From Candidatus Aminicenantes bacterium (GTDB taxonomy: Bacteria; Acidobacteriota; Aminicenantia; Aminicenantales; JAFGBC01): a stretch of DNA of 64,000 nt. Below, piece after piece: positions 54,177 through 63,529 of this stretch (position 1 is the stretch's first letter; each line of letters begins with the position of its first letter). The stretch is from assembly GCA_963702005.1 (NCBI GenBank), contig OY969696.1, positions 2,784,001 to 2,848,000 on the forward strand, given 5' to 3'. Below the pieces are notes generated by a model. The model did not search any database. It had not been told where the DNA came from and saw only the letters and a list, made by a program, of their open reading frames with translations. Position numbers and translations under genes: made by a program.

Positions 54177-55511
54177 CTATTCCCCCCCGATCTGCAGCAG
54201 CGCGATCCGGAAGGTCGGAGCCGTGATCCCGCGGTTGAGGTCGAGATCGCTCCCGACCATGTCGATCCCGTTCAGCATCTCCTCGGCCGTCCCGGCGATC
54301 GTCAATCCTTTGACCGGGAAGGCGACCTTGCCGTCCTCGATCCACAGCCCCGAAGCCCCGCCGCTGAAGTTCCCGTTGACGGGGTTGATACCGTAGCCGG
54401 TCACTTCCTTGAGCCAAAGCCCGGTCTTGGTGGCTTTGATGATGTCCTCGGGCTTCTGGCCGCCGGCCGCCATGTAAAAGGCGTGTGGCCCGATTCTTGG
54501 AATGCTCGAGTACCCGCCCCGCGAGGCGTTCCCGGTGCTCTTGACCCCCGCCCGCTTGGCAACGATCGTGTTGTACATGAAGCCTTTAAGGACCCCCTTG
54601 TCGACGATCGTCCGCTTCTGGGTCGGGACGCCCTCCCCGTCGAAGGGCGCGCTGGACAGGCCCTTGGCCATCGTGCCGTCGTCGACGAGGGATAGGAGGC
54701 CGGAAGCGATTTTCTGGTCGAGCTTGCCGCCCAGAAAGCTCGCTCCCTGGAGGACCCGTTCGCCGTCCACGGCCTGGAGGATGCCGCCCAGCATAGCGTA
54801 GGCGACGTCGGGGTCGAAGATGACGGCGGCCTTCTGGGTCTTGACCGGCTTGGCGTCGAGCAGCTCATAGGCCTTGCGGGCGGCGGCGGCGCCGATCTCC
54901 TCGGCCGGCTTGAGGTCGGCCCAGAACCGCCGCGAGCAATATTCCCCGCCCGAAGATTTCTGGTCGCCCTTCTCGGCCACGACCGAGATCCCAAAGGAAC
55001 AGGCCGCCGACTTGTAGCTCTTGGCGACGCCGCTCGAGTTGGCCAGAAAAACCTCGCCGTCCCCTTCCCGGTACCCGGCGCCCGCGCTCTTGGTGATCCG
55101 GGAGTCCTTCATGGCCAGCTTCTCCAGAGTCTTGAGAAGCTCAATCTTTTTCTCCATGGGGACCTTGTCGATCGCCGGATCGTAGAGGCCTTCCACGGCC
55201 GTGACGCCCGCGTCGCCGGGCAGGACGTTGAACTCGTCGGGAGTCGTGATCTTGGCGAACTCGATCGCCCGGCCGATGGCATCCTCGAGCGAGGCCTCCT
55301 TGAAGTCATTGGAGCTGGCCAGCGCCATCCGGCCCTTGACGAAGACGCGAAAGCCGGCGCCTTGGCCGGCCGCTTCCTGGATCGTCTCGACTTGGCCGTT
55401 GCGGACCTCGATGCTCAGGTTCCGCCCCGTATCGATATAGACCTCGGCCGCGTCCGCGCCCTTCTTAAGGCAACTCTTGACCAGCCGCTCCGCCAGTGTC
55501 TTATAGTCCAT
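54177..55511 (-). CDS. pmbA: PmbA/TldE protein
   Basis: PFDGEG, STGNASRG, NPVNGNFS, TIAG; no HExxxH. Confidence 0.9.
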   Translation of the reverse strand: MDYKTLAERLVKSCLKKGADAAEVYIDTGRNLSIEVRNGQVETIQEAAGQGAGFRVFVKGRMALASSNDFKEASLEDAIGRAIEFAKITTPDEFNVLPGDAGVTAVEGLYDPAIDKVPMEKKIELLKTLEKLAMKDSRITKSAGAGYREGDGEVFLANSSGVAKSYKSAACSFGISVVAEKGDQKSSGGEYCSRRFWADLKPAEEIGAAAARKAYELLDAKPVKTQKAAVIFDPDVAYAMLGGILQAVDGERVLQGASFLGGKLDQKIASGLLSLVDDGTMAKGLSSAPFDGEGVPTQKRTIVDKGVLKGFMYNTIVAKRAGVKSTGNASRGGYSSIPRIGPHAFYMAAGGQKPEDIIKATKTGLWLKEVTGYGINPVNGNFSGGASGLWIEDGKVAFPVKGLTIAGTAEEMLNGIDMVGSDLDLNRGITAPTFRIALLQIGGE

Positions 55512-55534
55512 GGTCGTCTCCTTCGCTCGGAGTC

Positions 55535-57076
55535 TCAGCCCCGAGCCCTGGTCCCGCCGACGTTGATGCCCCGGATGCGGACCGTGGGCTGGCCGGCCGT
55601 GACCTCGGCCGATTGTCCCTTGCCGCAGGTCCCGGGCCCGAAGTCCAGGTCGTCGGCGACGGCGTCGACGTTCTGGACGATCTCGAGGCAGTTGCCGATC
55701 AGGGTCGCTCCCTTGACCGGATTCGTCTTCTTCCCGTTCTCGATCAGATAGGCCTCGCGGCAGGTGAAATTGAAGACGCCGGTTGTCGGGTCGACGCTCC
55801 CCCCGCTCAAGGCCTGGACGTAAATCCCGCTCTTGGTCGCGGCCAGGATGTCGGCGGCCTTGTCCTTCCCGTTGGCGATGAAGGTGTTCGTCATGCGCGG
55901 GATGGGAAGATAGCGGAAGCTCTCGCGCCGTCCGTTCCCGGTCCGTTCCATGGCGAGCTGCTTGGCCGACAGGACGTCGGTCATGAACCTGACCAGAACG
56001 CCCTTATCGATAAGGACGTTCCGCTGACCGGGCGTCCCCTCGTCGTCCCAGTTCGTCGTCCCCCGGAAGTTGGGGAGTGATCCGTCGTCGATCATGGTGA
56101 AGACGTCGCTGGCGACCTTCTGGCCGAGCTTCCCGGTGAAGGCGCCGATCTTCTTGGCGATGTTGTCGGCCTCGAGCGGATGTCCGACGGCCTCATGGAC
56201 GAGGACGCCTCCCCAGCCGTTCTGCATGATGACGTCCATCTTCCCGGCCGGCGCGTCTTGGGCGTCGAGCATGACGACGGCCTCGCGGGCCGCGGTCCGG
56301 GCGACCCGGTCGGGCGAAACGTCGTCGAACATCTCGAAACCGGAGTGCCGGCTGAGCCGTTCGCGGCCCATGTGCCGGGTGTTGTTCCCCTCGCTCAGGA
56401 CCTGGACGATGAAGAACAGGAGGGGGAGCTCGTCACTCAGGAGGAGCCCCTCGGAGTTGGCGATCGTCCGGCCCCGGATTTCATCGTAGTAGCTGATGGA
56501 GGCCATCTTGATCCGCTTGTCGTAATCGAGGGCGGCCTGGTTGGCGCGCCTCATGACGTCGAGCCGCTTCTCGTCGGCGATTCCGGCCAGGGGGAGCTTG
56601 ACCGTGATATAGATCGGGCGCGAACCCTCCCGGACCGGGACCGGCTTAGCGGCGGCGCTGCCCCGAGCGATGAACGAAGCGACCTCGGCCGCCCGCAGCA
56701 TCGTGTCCTCGCTGACCTCGTCCGTGTAGGCGAAGCCCGTCTTATCCCCAGCGATGACACGGACCCCGGCGCCCTGGCTGATCCCAAACTCGGCGCTCTT
56801 GAACTTGGACTCCTCCATCAGGATGTTCCGGGAAATGCGGTGCTCGATGTAGACGTCGGCGAACTCCCCGCCCTTCTCCAGGGCCTTGGCGACGACCCGG
56901 TCCAGGACGGCCTTGTCGACCGCCAAGCCGGCCGCCGGAAGCGCGCCCGGCCCGGCCTTGCCGAGGAGCTCCTTCATCAAGGCCGGCGTGGCCGCCAGGG
57001 CCAGGCCGCCCTTGACGCTCATCTCCAGGAACTTACGGCGGGGAATGTCCCCGACGAAAAAGTCTCGTCCGCTCAT
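55535..57076 (-). CDS. tldD: TldD metalloprotease with Tat-like signal peptide
   Basis: HEAVGH, DDEG, GNGRRES, PRMTN, CGKGQ; N-terminal PRRKFL followed by a hydrophobic stretch. Confidence 0.92.
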   Translation of the reverse strand: MSGRDFFVGDIPRRKFLEMSVKGGLALAATPALMKELLGKAGPGALPAAGLAVDKAVLDRVVAKALEKGGEFADVYIEHRISRNILMEESKFKSAEFGISQGAGVRVIAGDKTGFAYTDEVSEDTMLRAAEVASFIARGSAAAKPVPVREGSRPIYITVKLPLAGIADEKRLDVMRRANQAALDYDKRIKMASISYYDEIRGRTIANSEGLLLSDELPLLFFIVQVLSEGNNTRHMGRERLSRHSGFEMFDDVSPDRVARTAAREAVVMLDAQDAPAGKMDVIMQNGWGGVLVHEAVGHPLEADNIAKKIGAFTGKLGQKVASDVFTMIDDGSLPNFRGTTNWDDEGTPGQRNVLIDKGVLVRFMTDVLSAKQLAMERTGNGRRESFRYLPIPRMTNTFIANGKDKAADILAATKSGIYVQALSGGSVDPTTGVFNFTCREAYLIENGKKTNPVKGATLIGNCLEIVQNVDAVADDLDFGPGTCGKGQSAEVTAGQPTVRIRGINVGGTRARG

Positions 57077-57208
57077 CACGTTCTCCTTTCGTAATCCTTA
57101 AGTTTAGTTGCTTTTATGCTTGAGAGGGAATGATAAACAGGTACAAGGACGGTTTGATAATAGAAGTTTCCTGACCAATTCCGGAAAAAATTCATGAGAT
57201 TTCAGTAA

Positions 57209-57475
57209 GGAAGGGCGAGGAACCGGGCCATGAAGAGGGTCGTCTGAGAGCCGGAGCTTATAGAGATGCTTATGGGAGGAACAGGCGAAGCTGATGGGGT
57301 GGAGAAGGCCGTCGAAGGGTCGAGCGGGCATGGTTCCTCTCTTGAGGAGAGCGAGACCCTGAGTCGGAGCGAAATTGGCTCGCTGGGACAATTTCGCGTC
57401 CTTCGAACCCCATCGGCTGCGCCTGCCTGGGGAAATCGCAGCGTTCCCTCGAATGGCCCGGTCCGAGCCCTTACC
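57209..57475. ncRNA. Long rod-shaped structured element (6S-like RNA or MITE-like repeat)
   Basis: Nested pairings AAGGGC/GCCCTT, ACCGGGCCAT/ATGGCCCGGT, GAGGG/CCCTC, an internal bubble, a 19-bp stem 57282-57300/57407-57425, and two terminal hairpins. Confidence 0.5.
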
Positions 57476-57619
57476 CAGGCGCCGAGAAGGATAGCTCGGA
57501 AAGGCTAAACCCTCAAAGGTCGCTGCGACCATTTCCCGATCCATATCAATCGCAAGTCGCCGCAAACCTTTACCTAAACTTAAATAATATTTCCTATATT
57601 TCACCACTTAAATCAACGC

Positions 57620-59032
57620 TTAGTCCAGGCTGAAGGTTGCCCCGGGACCGGGGATGACGACGTTTTGGCTGCCTTCCTTGCGGAGCTCGGCCGCCAGGCT
57701 CTCGAGGACTTCGGCGTCGCCGTGAACCAAGTACAGGCTGCGGAGCGGCTTCCGGAAATGGTTGGCCCAGTCGAGGAGGGCGGGACGGTCGGCGTGAGCG
57801 GAGAAGCCCTGGATCTGCTCGACCCGGGCCCGGACCGGGTAAGCCTGTCCAAAAATCCGGACTTCGTTCGTTCCGTCCATGATGAGGCGCCCCAGCGTTC
57901 CGCGGGCCTGGAATCCGACGAAGAGGATGGTCGATTCGCGGCGGGAAATATTGCGGGCCAGGTGGTGCTTGATCCGGCCGCCCGTGCACATCCCCGAACC
58001 GGCCATGATGACGCAGGAGCCCTTGATGGAGTTGATGGCTTTGGACTCTTCCATGGTTCGGATATACTTAAGGCCCGGGAAGCGGAACGGGTCGCGGCCG
58101 GCCCGGAACAGGGCCTTGGCCTCTTCGTCAAGCTCGTCGCGGTGCCGCTCATAGACGGCCGTGACCTCGACCGCCATCGGACTGTCGAGGAAGGTCAGCA
58201 GGGCCGGGATCCGCTTGGTTTCGAACAGCCGGCTCAGAAAGAACATCAGCTCCTGGGCCCGGTCCACGGCGAAGGTGGGGATGACGATGTTGCCCCCCTT
58301 CTCGACGGTCCGGTTGATGACGTCGGCCAGGAGGTTGTCGATCCGGTCCGGGTCTTCGTGAGCGCGGTCGCCGTAGGTGGATTCCATAACAACGTAGTCC
58401 GCCTCCTGGAAGGACGAGGGATCGCGCAACAGGGGTCTGTGGCTCTGGCCGATGTCTCCGGAAAAGACGATTTTCCTGAAATCCGGCGCGCCCCGGCGGC
58501 TCGTCTCGACCTCGATCATGGCCGATCCCAAGATGTGGCCTGCCTCCCGGAAGGTCGCGCTCAAATCCTTGAACTCGACCGGCTCATCATAGCCGACGGT
58601 CTCGATCAAGGGGACGACCCTCTCGACGTCCTCCGCCGTATAGAGAGGGACCTCAGGAAAGGGCCCCTGACGCCCTTCCTTCAAGTGGCGCTTCTTCTTG
58701 AAGGCGGCGTCTTCCTCGAGGATCCGGGCCGCGTCGTGGAGGACGATCGGGACGATCTCGGCCGAGGCCGGCGTCGTCAGGATCTGGCCCGCGAACCCTT
58801 CCCTGACGAGCTTGGGGAGGAGGCCGCAGTGGTCGAGGTGGGCGTGGGTCAAGAAGACGGCGTCGACAGCCTTGGGATCGAACCGGAACCGGCTCCAGTT
58901 TCTATCTTGGAAAGGCCGCTCTTGATGAAGGCCGCAATCCACCAGGACCCGCGCCGGGCCGGATTCGAGGAGAGAGGAGGAGCCCGTCACCTGTCGGGCC
59001 GCCCCAAAAAAACTTAGATGAGGCTTTTCCAT
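57620..59032 (-). CDS. MBL-fold beta-CASP ribonuclease
   Basis: VTGS, THAHLDH, AGHILGS, FSGD, MESTYG, GRIKHH, FSAHAD, VHG. Confidence 0.93.
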   Translation of the reverse strand: MEKPHLSFFGAARQVTGSSSLLESGPARVLVDCGLHQERPFQDRNWSRFRFDPKAVDAVFLTHAHLDHCGLLPKLVREGFAGQILTTPASAEIVPIVLHDAARILEEDAAFKKKRHLKEGRQGPFPEVPLYTAEDVERVVPLIETVGYDEPVEFKDLSATFREAGHILGSAMIEVETSRRGAPDFRKIVFSGDIGQSHRPLLRDPSSFQEADYVVMESTYGDRAHEDPDRIDNLLADVINRTVEKGGNIVIPTFAVDRAQELMFFLSRLFETKRIPALLTFLDSPMAVEVTAVYERHRDELDEEAKALFRAGRDPFRFPGLKYIRTMEESKAINSIKGSCVIMAGSGMCTGGRIKHHLARNISRRESTILFVGFQARGTLGRLIMDGTNEVRIFGQAYPVRARVEQIQGFSAHADRPALLDWANHFRKPLRSLYLVHGDAEVLESLAAELRKEGSQNVVIPGPGATFSLD

Positions 59033-59049
59033 ATCGAGTTTCGACCTCT

Positions 59050-59913
59050 TTAACGGCCGCTATCCCCATAGAAATGATATTCCGACGACAGAAACCATAC
59101 CCGGAATCCCTGTCGGACGGCCATGTAAACCTGTTCCCAGAAGACAAGCAGAATCGCTCCCAAGCCGCCGGCGAAAAGCCTCGACACGAACAGGAATAAG
59201 AACGACACGGCCAGGGACAGGACGCCGATGAGCAGGTAGAGACCCCAAGCCCGGATGAAGCGCCGCGCCAGGAAGCCGAAGGTCAGGACCGTGGCCCGGA
59301 ACGCCTTCCGGCTCTGCTCGGCGACAAGGCGGATCTTGACGTAGTCGAAGAACATTCGGACGAGCGAAAAGAGCAATAGGAAGGCGAGGAGCCGGAGGTT
59401 CGAGGCCCAGAACGCGCCCCATTCGGTATGGGCGTTCTTGGACCAGGACTCGAACAGCGAGCCGATCAGACGGTAAACGAGGCCGAGGACCACAACATAG
59501 ACCGGAATCGAGAGCAGGAAGACGCGAAAGAAACGGAAGAAATAGCGACAGCCGTCGGATAAAAACCCGGCCAGTGTCGTCCGCTCTTCCTTGGCCGCGA
59601 TCCGGCCCAAGATAGCGCCGCTCGAGAAAAGGGCCCAAAGGGCATACAGGACGACGGGGATGAGAATCCAGCCCGACAGGCCGGCCAGCGCATCCTGATA
59701 CTTGAGAACGATGTCCCCCAGCCAGAGCACGTCGATGCCCTTGCTGAGACGCTCCTCCAGGAACGAGCGGCCGAAACCGCTTCCGATCAGAAACGCAAAA
59801 GGAGCGACGGCCAGGAAAGCAAAGACAAGGTTGGCAAGCCAGAGGTAGAGAACGAGCCTGGATTTCCGGATGGTGATCTCGAAGCCTTGATGGAAGCTCT
59901 TCATCGTGCCCAT
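59050..59913 (-). CDS. Polytopic membrane protein of unknown function
   Basis: About six TM helices; directly downstream of the M1 peptidase; ATG at 59913 after AAGGAG. Confidence 0.75.
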   Translation of the reverse strand: MGTMKSFHQGFEITIRKSRLVLYLWLANLVFAFLAVAPFAFLIGSGFGRSFLEERLSKGIDVLWLGDIVLKYQDALAGLSGWILIPVVLYALWALFSSGAILGRIAAKEERTTLAGFLSDGCRYFFRFFRVFLLSIPVYVVVLGLVYRLIGSLFESWSKNAHTEWGAFWASNLRLLAFLLLFSLVRMFFDYVKIRLVAEQSRKAFRATVLTFGFLARRFIRAWGLYLLIGVLSLAVSFLFLFVSRLFAGGLGAILLVFWEQVYMAVRQGFRVWFLSSEYHFYGDSGR

Positions 59914-59926
59914 GGTCGTCTCCTTG

Positions 59927-62032
59927 TCAGACCAGCCCGCCCAGGACATGGAGGACGTTCTGGGTCCAGAACAGGACCAGGCTCGTCATCCTCCACAGCC
60001 CGGTCCGGGACGGCTTGGCCTTGATGGAGTTGTTGGACAAGTTCGAATCCAGGAGCCAGCGAGTTTCGGGATCGATCCGGGCCGAAACGGCCTTGGCCGG
60101 CTTCTCGAACCGGAATTCCCGCCAGCGGGCCTGGCCGTCCCACGTCCGGGTTTCCCGGCTCCCGTCCTCGAAAACGACCTCGAGGGTCACCGGAAAATCC
60201 GGACCGACCTTGGCTTCCCCGAAGCGCTTGACCATGACCTCGGTCCGGAAGATCTTCGGAGCGTTCTTCTTTTGTTTTTTGAGCTCCTCGAGCTTCTTGG
60301 GCGTGACCTCGTCCTTCCGGCCATCCTTATCGAAGACGCCCAAATCGGCGACGGGCTTCTCCTCGGAGCGGAGGCGGCCCACCCCATAATCGAAGTCCAG
60401 CGTGTCATAGAGGAATTGCCCGAAGAACCAGCCCAAGTCGCGGCCCGACGTTTCCTGGGCGATCCGGATGAAATCCTGGGAATGGGGATGCCGGTAGCGA
60501 TAGGCCATTTGGAAGGCGCGCAGGACGCGGATCATGACGTCCTCGCCCAACAGGCGCTCCAGGGTGTTGAGCATGGTCGACGTCCTCTGGTAAACGTTGA
60601 GAGCGTAGCTGATCCGGCTGTAGAAAAGCCAGGACGGCGTCAGGATCGGGTCGATTTTGACGACGCCGAGCCCGGTCGCCCGATCCAATTCGTAGTCCAG
60701 GTAGGACGGAATTCTGAACAGCTTATCCAAGGGGATCCCCCTGAGGTTGAAGGGCATGACGCCGGCCCCATAGGCTTTGGCGAGGACTTTGCCCGTCGAA
60801 TAGGTGTTGATCCCCTCATCGAGCCAGGCTTCCTCGAATTCGTTGTTTCCGGCCAGGCCGTACCAGTAGCCGTGTCCGAATTCGTGGACGATGACGCCTT
60901 CGGGCGACCAAGCTTGGTCCGAGGTGATGGCTGACGTCCCGGCTGTGAACAAGGTCGGGTATTCCATGCCGCCGCTCCCGGTCCGGTAGGGCGGGTCGAC
61001 CATGGTGATGGTCTCGTAGGGGTACGGTCCGTACCAGAGTCCGTAGTACTTGAGGGCCGCCCTCAGGGCTTTGAAGTGCCTGTCGATTTGAGACTTATGC
61101 TGGGGGGCGATGAGCAGGATCATCTTGACGTCGGGAAGCTTCAGCTCAGCGGCGGGCAGGCCGAGCCGGCGGGAAAGATCCTCGTACTCGGCCGCCGTCA
61201 CTTCATCGGCGGCGATGAAGTCCCTCTCGACTTTGATGAAAGCCGGGTCGGCCGTCCAAGCGAAATCGTGGATGGCGGATTGCCGATAAGTATAGGTCGT
61301 CTTCTTCCCCTTCTCGTCGCGGGAGGCGGCCACCTGCTTCCCCGAGGCGCCGACGACGAAAGCCTCGGGGACCGTGATGTGGACGGCGAAATCGGCGTAG
61401 TCGGAGAAGAATTCGGAGTTTTCGTGGTAGGCGTGGCAGTTCCAGCCCTTCCCCTCTTCATAGACGCCCGGCTTGGGGAACCACTGGCCGATGAAGAAGC
61501 GGTCCTGGTAGTAGGCGGTCCGGGCGGCCCGGCGCGGAACCTTGGACTCGAATTCGATCTTGAGCCGGACCTCGCTGCCGGGGCCGACGGGCTCGGGAAG
61601 CGGGACGCGCAAGACCGTTCGATCGCCCTCGTAGTGAGCGCCGTCGGGCGAGATGAACTCCATGGCCGGTTTCAGGTCGCGGCCGTCGGCGAGCTCCATC
61701 CGGGCGATGTCGATCCAGCCCCATTCCCCTTCCTTGGGAAGAGGGCTGCGGGCGAAGGTCTCGCCCGCGGCGTCCCGGAAGAAGGCGCTCCGCTCGTTCA
61801 TGAAGGCGTTCCAATAAAGATGGAACCAGATGTCCTTGACCTCGTCGCGGGTCGTGTTCCGCCAGGTGATTTCCTCGCGGCCGTGGAGCATCTTCTGGGC
61901 GTTGTCCAGTTCGACCCAAATCTCATAACGGAGGGGCAGGACGGGGCCGGCCGCGTTCAAGGCCGGGAGGAAAAGCCCGGCCCAAACCAGGCTTGAGATC
62001 GCGAGAATTATCCCGGATAGGGTTTTGTTCAT
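59927..62032 (-). CDS. M1-family (gluzincin) aminopeptidase, exported
   Basis: GGMEYP, HEFGH and EAWLDEG; signal peptide. Confidence 0.92.
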   Translation of the reverse strand: MNKTLSGIILAISSLVWAGLFLPALNAAGPVLPLRYEIWVELDNAQKMLHGREEITWRNTTRDEVKDIWFHLYWNAFMNERSAFFRDAAGETFARSPLPKEGEWGWIDIARMELADGRDLKPAMEFISPDGAHYEGDRTVLRVPLPEPVGPGSEVRLKIEFESKVPRRAARTAYYQDRFFIGQWFPKPGVYEEGKGWNCHAYHENSEFFSDYADFAVHITVPEAFVVGASGKQVAASRDEKGKKTTYTYRQSAIHDFAWTADPAFIKVERDFIAADEVTAAEYEDLSRRLGLPAAELKLPDVKMILLIAPQHKSQIDRHFKALRAALKYYGLWYGPYPYETITMVDPPYRTGSGGMEYPTLFTAGTSAITSDQAWSPEGVIVHEFGHGYWYGLAGNNEFEEAWLDEGINTYSTGKVLAKAYGAGVMPFNLRGIPLDKLFRIPSYLDYELDRATGLGVVKIDPILTPSWLFYSRISYALNVYQRTSTMLNTLERLLGEDVMIRVLRAFQMAYRYRHPHSQDFIRIAQETSGRDLGWFFGQFLYDTLDFDYGVGRLRSEEKPVADLGVFDKDGRKDEVTPKKLEELKKQKKNAPKIFRTEVMVKRFGEAKVGPDFPVTLEVVFEDGSRETRTWDGQARWREFRFEKPAKAVSARIDPETRWLLDSNLSNNSIKAKPSRTGLWRMTSLVLFWTQNVLHVLGGLV

Positions 62033-62043
62033 CTAATCCCTCC

Positions 62044-62517
62044 TCAACTTACTCCGCCGCTCCTGGAGAGGGCTTCCTCCCATTGGGCGCGACGGGGGAA
62101 GAACATGAATTCGAGGATAAGCGACACGAATAGAAGGATGTAGAAATCCCGGACGAGCCCGGTAACGAAAAAGAGGATGAGCCCCAGGAGGGTGGGAATC
62201 TCGGCCAGGACGTAGGTCAGGACCGAAACCCGCATCAGGCGCATGAGGATTTTAGCGGGTTCCTCCCCCGGCCTGCCCCGAAGCTGGCTCCCTCTTAAGA
62301 ACCGGATGAATATGATGAAGACGACGGCCAGCCCATAGATGAGGTAGCGCAAGGTCTGAACCTGCCCCAAGGGAATCTGGGAAAACCCATGGAACGGCTT
62401 CATCCGGGCGCGCAGGATCTCTACCAAGACTAAGTAGACAAGCAGGTTAGCGAGAATGGCGGCGCCGATGATGACCGTCCGTCGGAAAAGGAGTCTGGAT
62501 TCTTCGACGGGCTGCAC
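62044..62517 (-). CDS. Small membrane protein (4 TM)
   Basis: 157-aa hydrophobic ORF, RBS AAGGAGG, upstream minus-strand TTGAAC-N18-TATAAT promoter. Confidence 0.75.
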   Translation of the reverse strand: MQPVEESRLLFRRTVIIGAAILANLLVYLVLVEILRARMKPFHGFSQIPLGQVQTLRYLIYGLAVVFIIFIRFLRGSQLRGRPGEEPAKILMRLMRVSVLTYVLAEIPTLLGLILFFVTGLVRDFYILLFVSLILEFMFFPRRAQWEEALSRSGGVS

Positions 62518-62581
62518 GGGTCCCTCCTTAGCGGAGATTGTACACGGGCCGATTATAAGCCAAGCGGAAGGGGATGTTCAA

Positions 62582-62643
62582 CAAGAGAGGGGCCATGCCC
62601 GCTCGACCCATCGACGGCCTTCTCCATCCCATCGGCATCGCCT
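62582..62643 (+). repeat. Inverted partial copy of the 57.3-kb element
   Basis: 56/62 identical to the reverse complement of 57283-57344 (manual alignment). Confidence 0.85.
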
Positions 62644-62704
62644 TTCGCTAGAAAACCAGCTCGGTCTCTCATGATGTTTCATTCCGTCTATGGATGCCTT
62701 TAAA

Positions 62705-62777
62705 TGGTCTGACCCAAACTCGGCTTGACAAGTGCTGTCAAGCGAAGTTCAATAATCTCATCTAAATCAAGGAGGGG
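62705..62777 (+). repeat. 73-bp upstream module, copy 1
   Basis: 69/73 identical to 63454-63526; ends in an RBS (GGAGGGG). Confidence 0.9.
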
Positions 62778-62781
62778 TATC

Positions 62782-63441
62782 GTGATTATCGAACCACCGA
62801 ATTTGGCTTCAAGCCGCAGGGAATTCCTGCAGGGACTGTTTCCTGCAGGGGCCTCATTGTGTTACGACTGTGGCCTACTCTCGGCTTCGAGCAGGCTTCA
62901 GAACAATTCCCAGAACAAGCCTGCCAAACACAAATTTCTTGAGGACTCGGGCCTGACAATGAGAGAAGCCTTCAGGTTCGCATTCCTGTGGACTTACATC
63001 CCTATGATGCAGGCCCTAGCTGCTCAAATCGGACGAGAAAAGCTCGTCGCGATGGTAAAAGAGGCCACCGGTATTTACTGGGCTCAACAGGCAAGAGGCT
63101 TCGCCCAGCGGCTTCAAAAAAAGGATCGTGACGCTTTCTTCAGCATGGACACACTTGAAACAACCATCGACAACGCGGAACGCAGAAAACACTTCTGGTC
63201 ACTCGCCATCACCACTCAGAGTATCGAGGACACGCCAAAATCATACGAAATGAAGGTGACCGAATGTCTCTGGGCTCAGACGTTCCGGGAAGCGAACGCA
63301 GGGGATATCGGCTTTGCCAGCATCTGCTATGGGGATGAAGCGATGGCCGCCGCCTTTGACCAGCGACTCAAATTGATACGAATAAAAGCATTAATGAAAG
63401 GCGACGATTGCTGCCACTTCCGCTGGGTCTGGGAAGGATAG
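62782..63441 (+). CDS. L-2-amino-thiazoline-4-carboxylate hydrolase-like (V4R-related) protein with Tat-like leader
   Basis: VTECLWAQTF, ICYGD, LMKGDDCCHF Cys pattern; N-terminal SRREFL; GTG start at 62782. Confidence 0.75.
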   Translation: MIIEPPNLASSRREFLQGLFPAGASLCYDCGLLSASSRLQNNSQNKPAKHKFLEDSGLTMREAFRFAFLWTYIPMMQALAAQIGREKLVAMVKEATGIYWAQQARGFAQRLQKKDRDAFFSMDTLETTIDNAERRKHFWSLAITTQSIEDTPKSYEMKVTECLWAQTFREANAGDIGFASICYGDEAMAAAFDQRLKLIRIKALMKGDDCCHFRWVWEG

Positions 63442-63453
63442 ACTATCTTGATG

Positions 63454-63526
63454 TGGTCTGACCAAAACTCGGCTTGATAAGTGCTGTCAAGCGAAGCTCA
63501 ATAATCTCATCAAAATCAAGGAGGGG
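63454..63526 (+). repeat. 73-bp upstream module, copy 2
   Basis: Direct repeat of 62705-62777, starting 12 bp after the previous stop codon. Confidence 0.9.
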
Positions 63527-63529
63527 AAA

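Noticed and set aside
62705-63526. CRISPR array or classical integron attC
   Set aside because: Only two 73-bp units separated by a whole gene; the GTT end is not conserved in copy 2, and no cas or intI gene is in the window.
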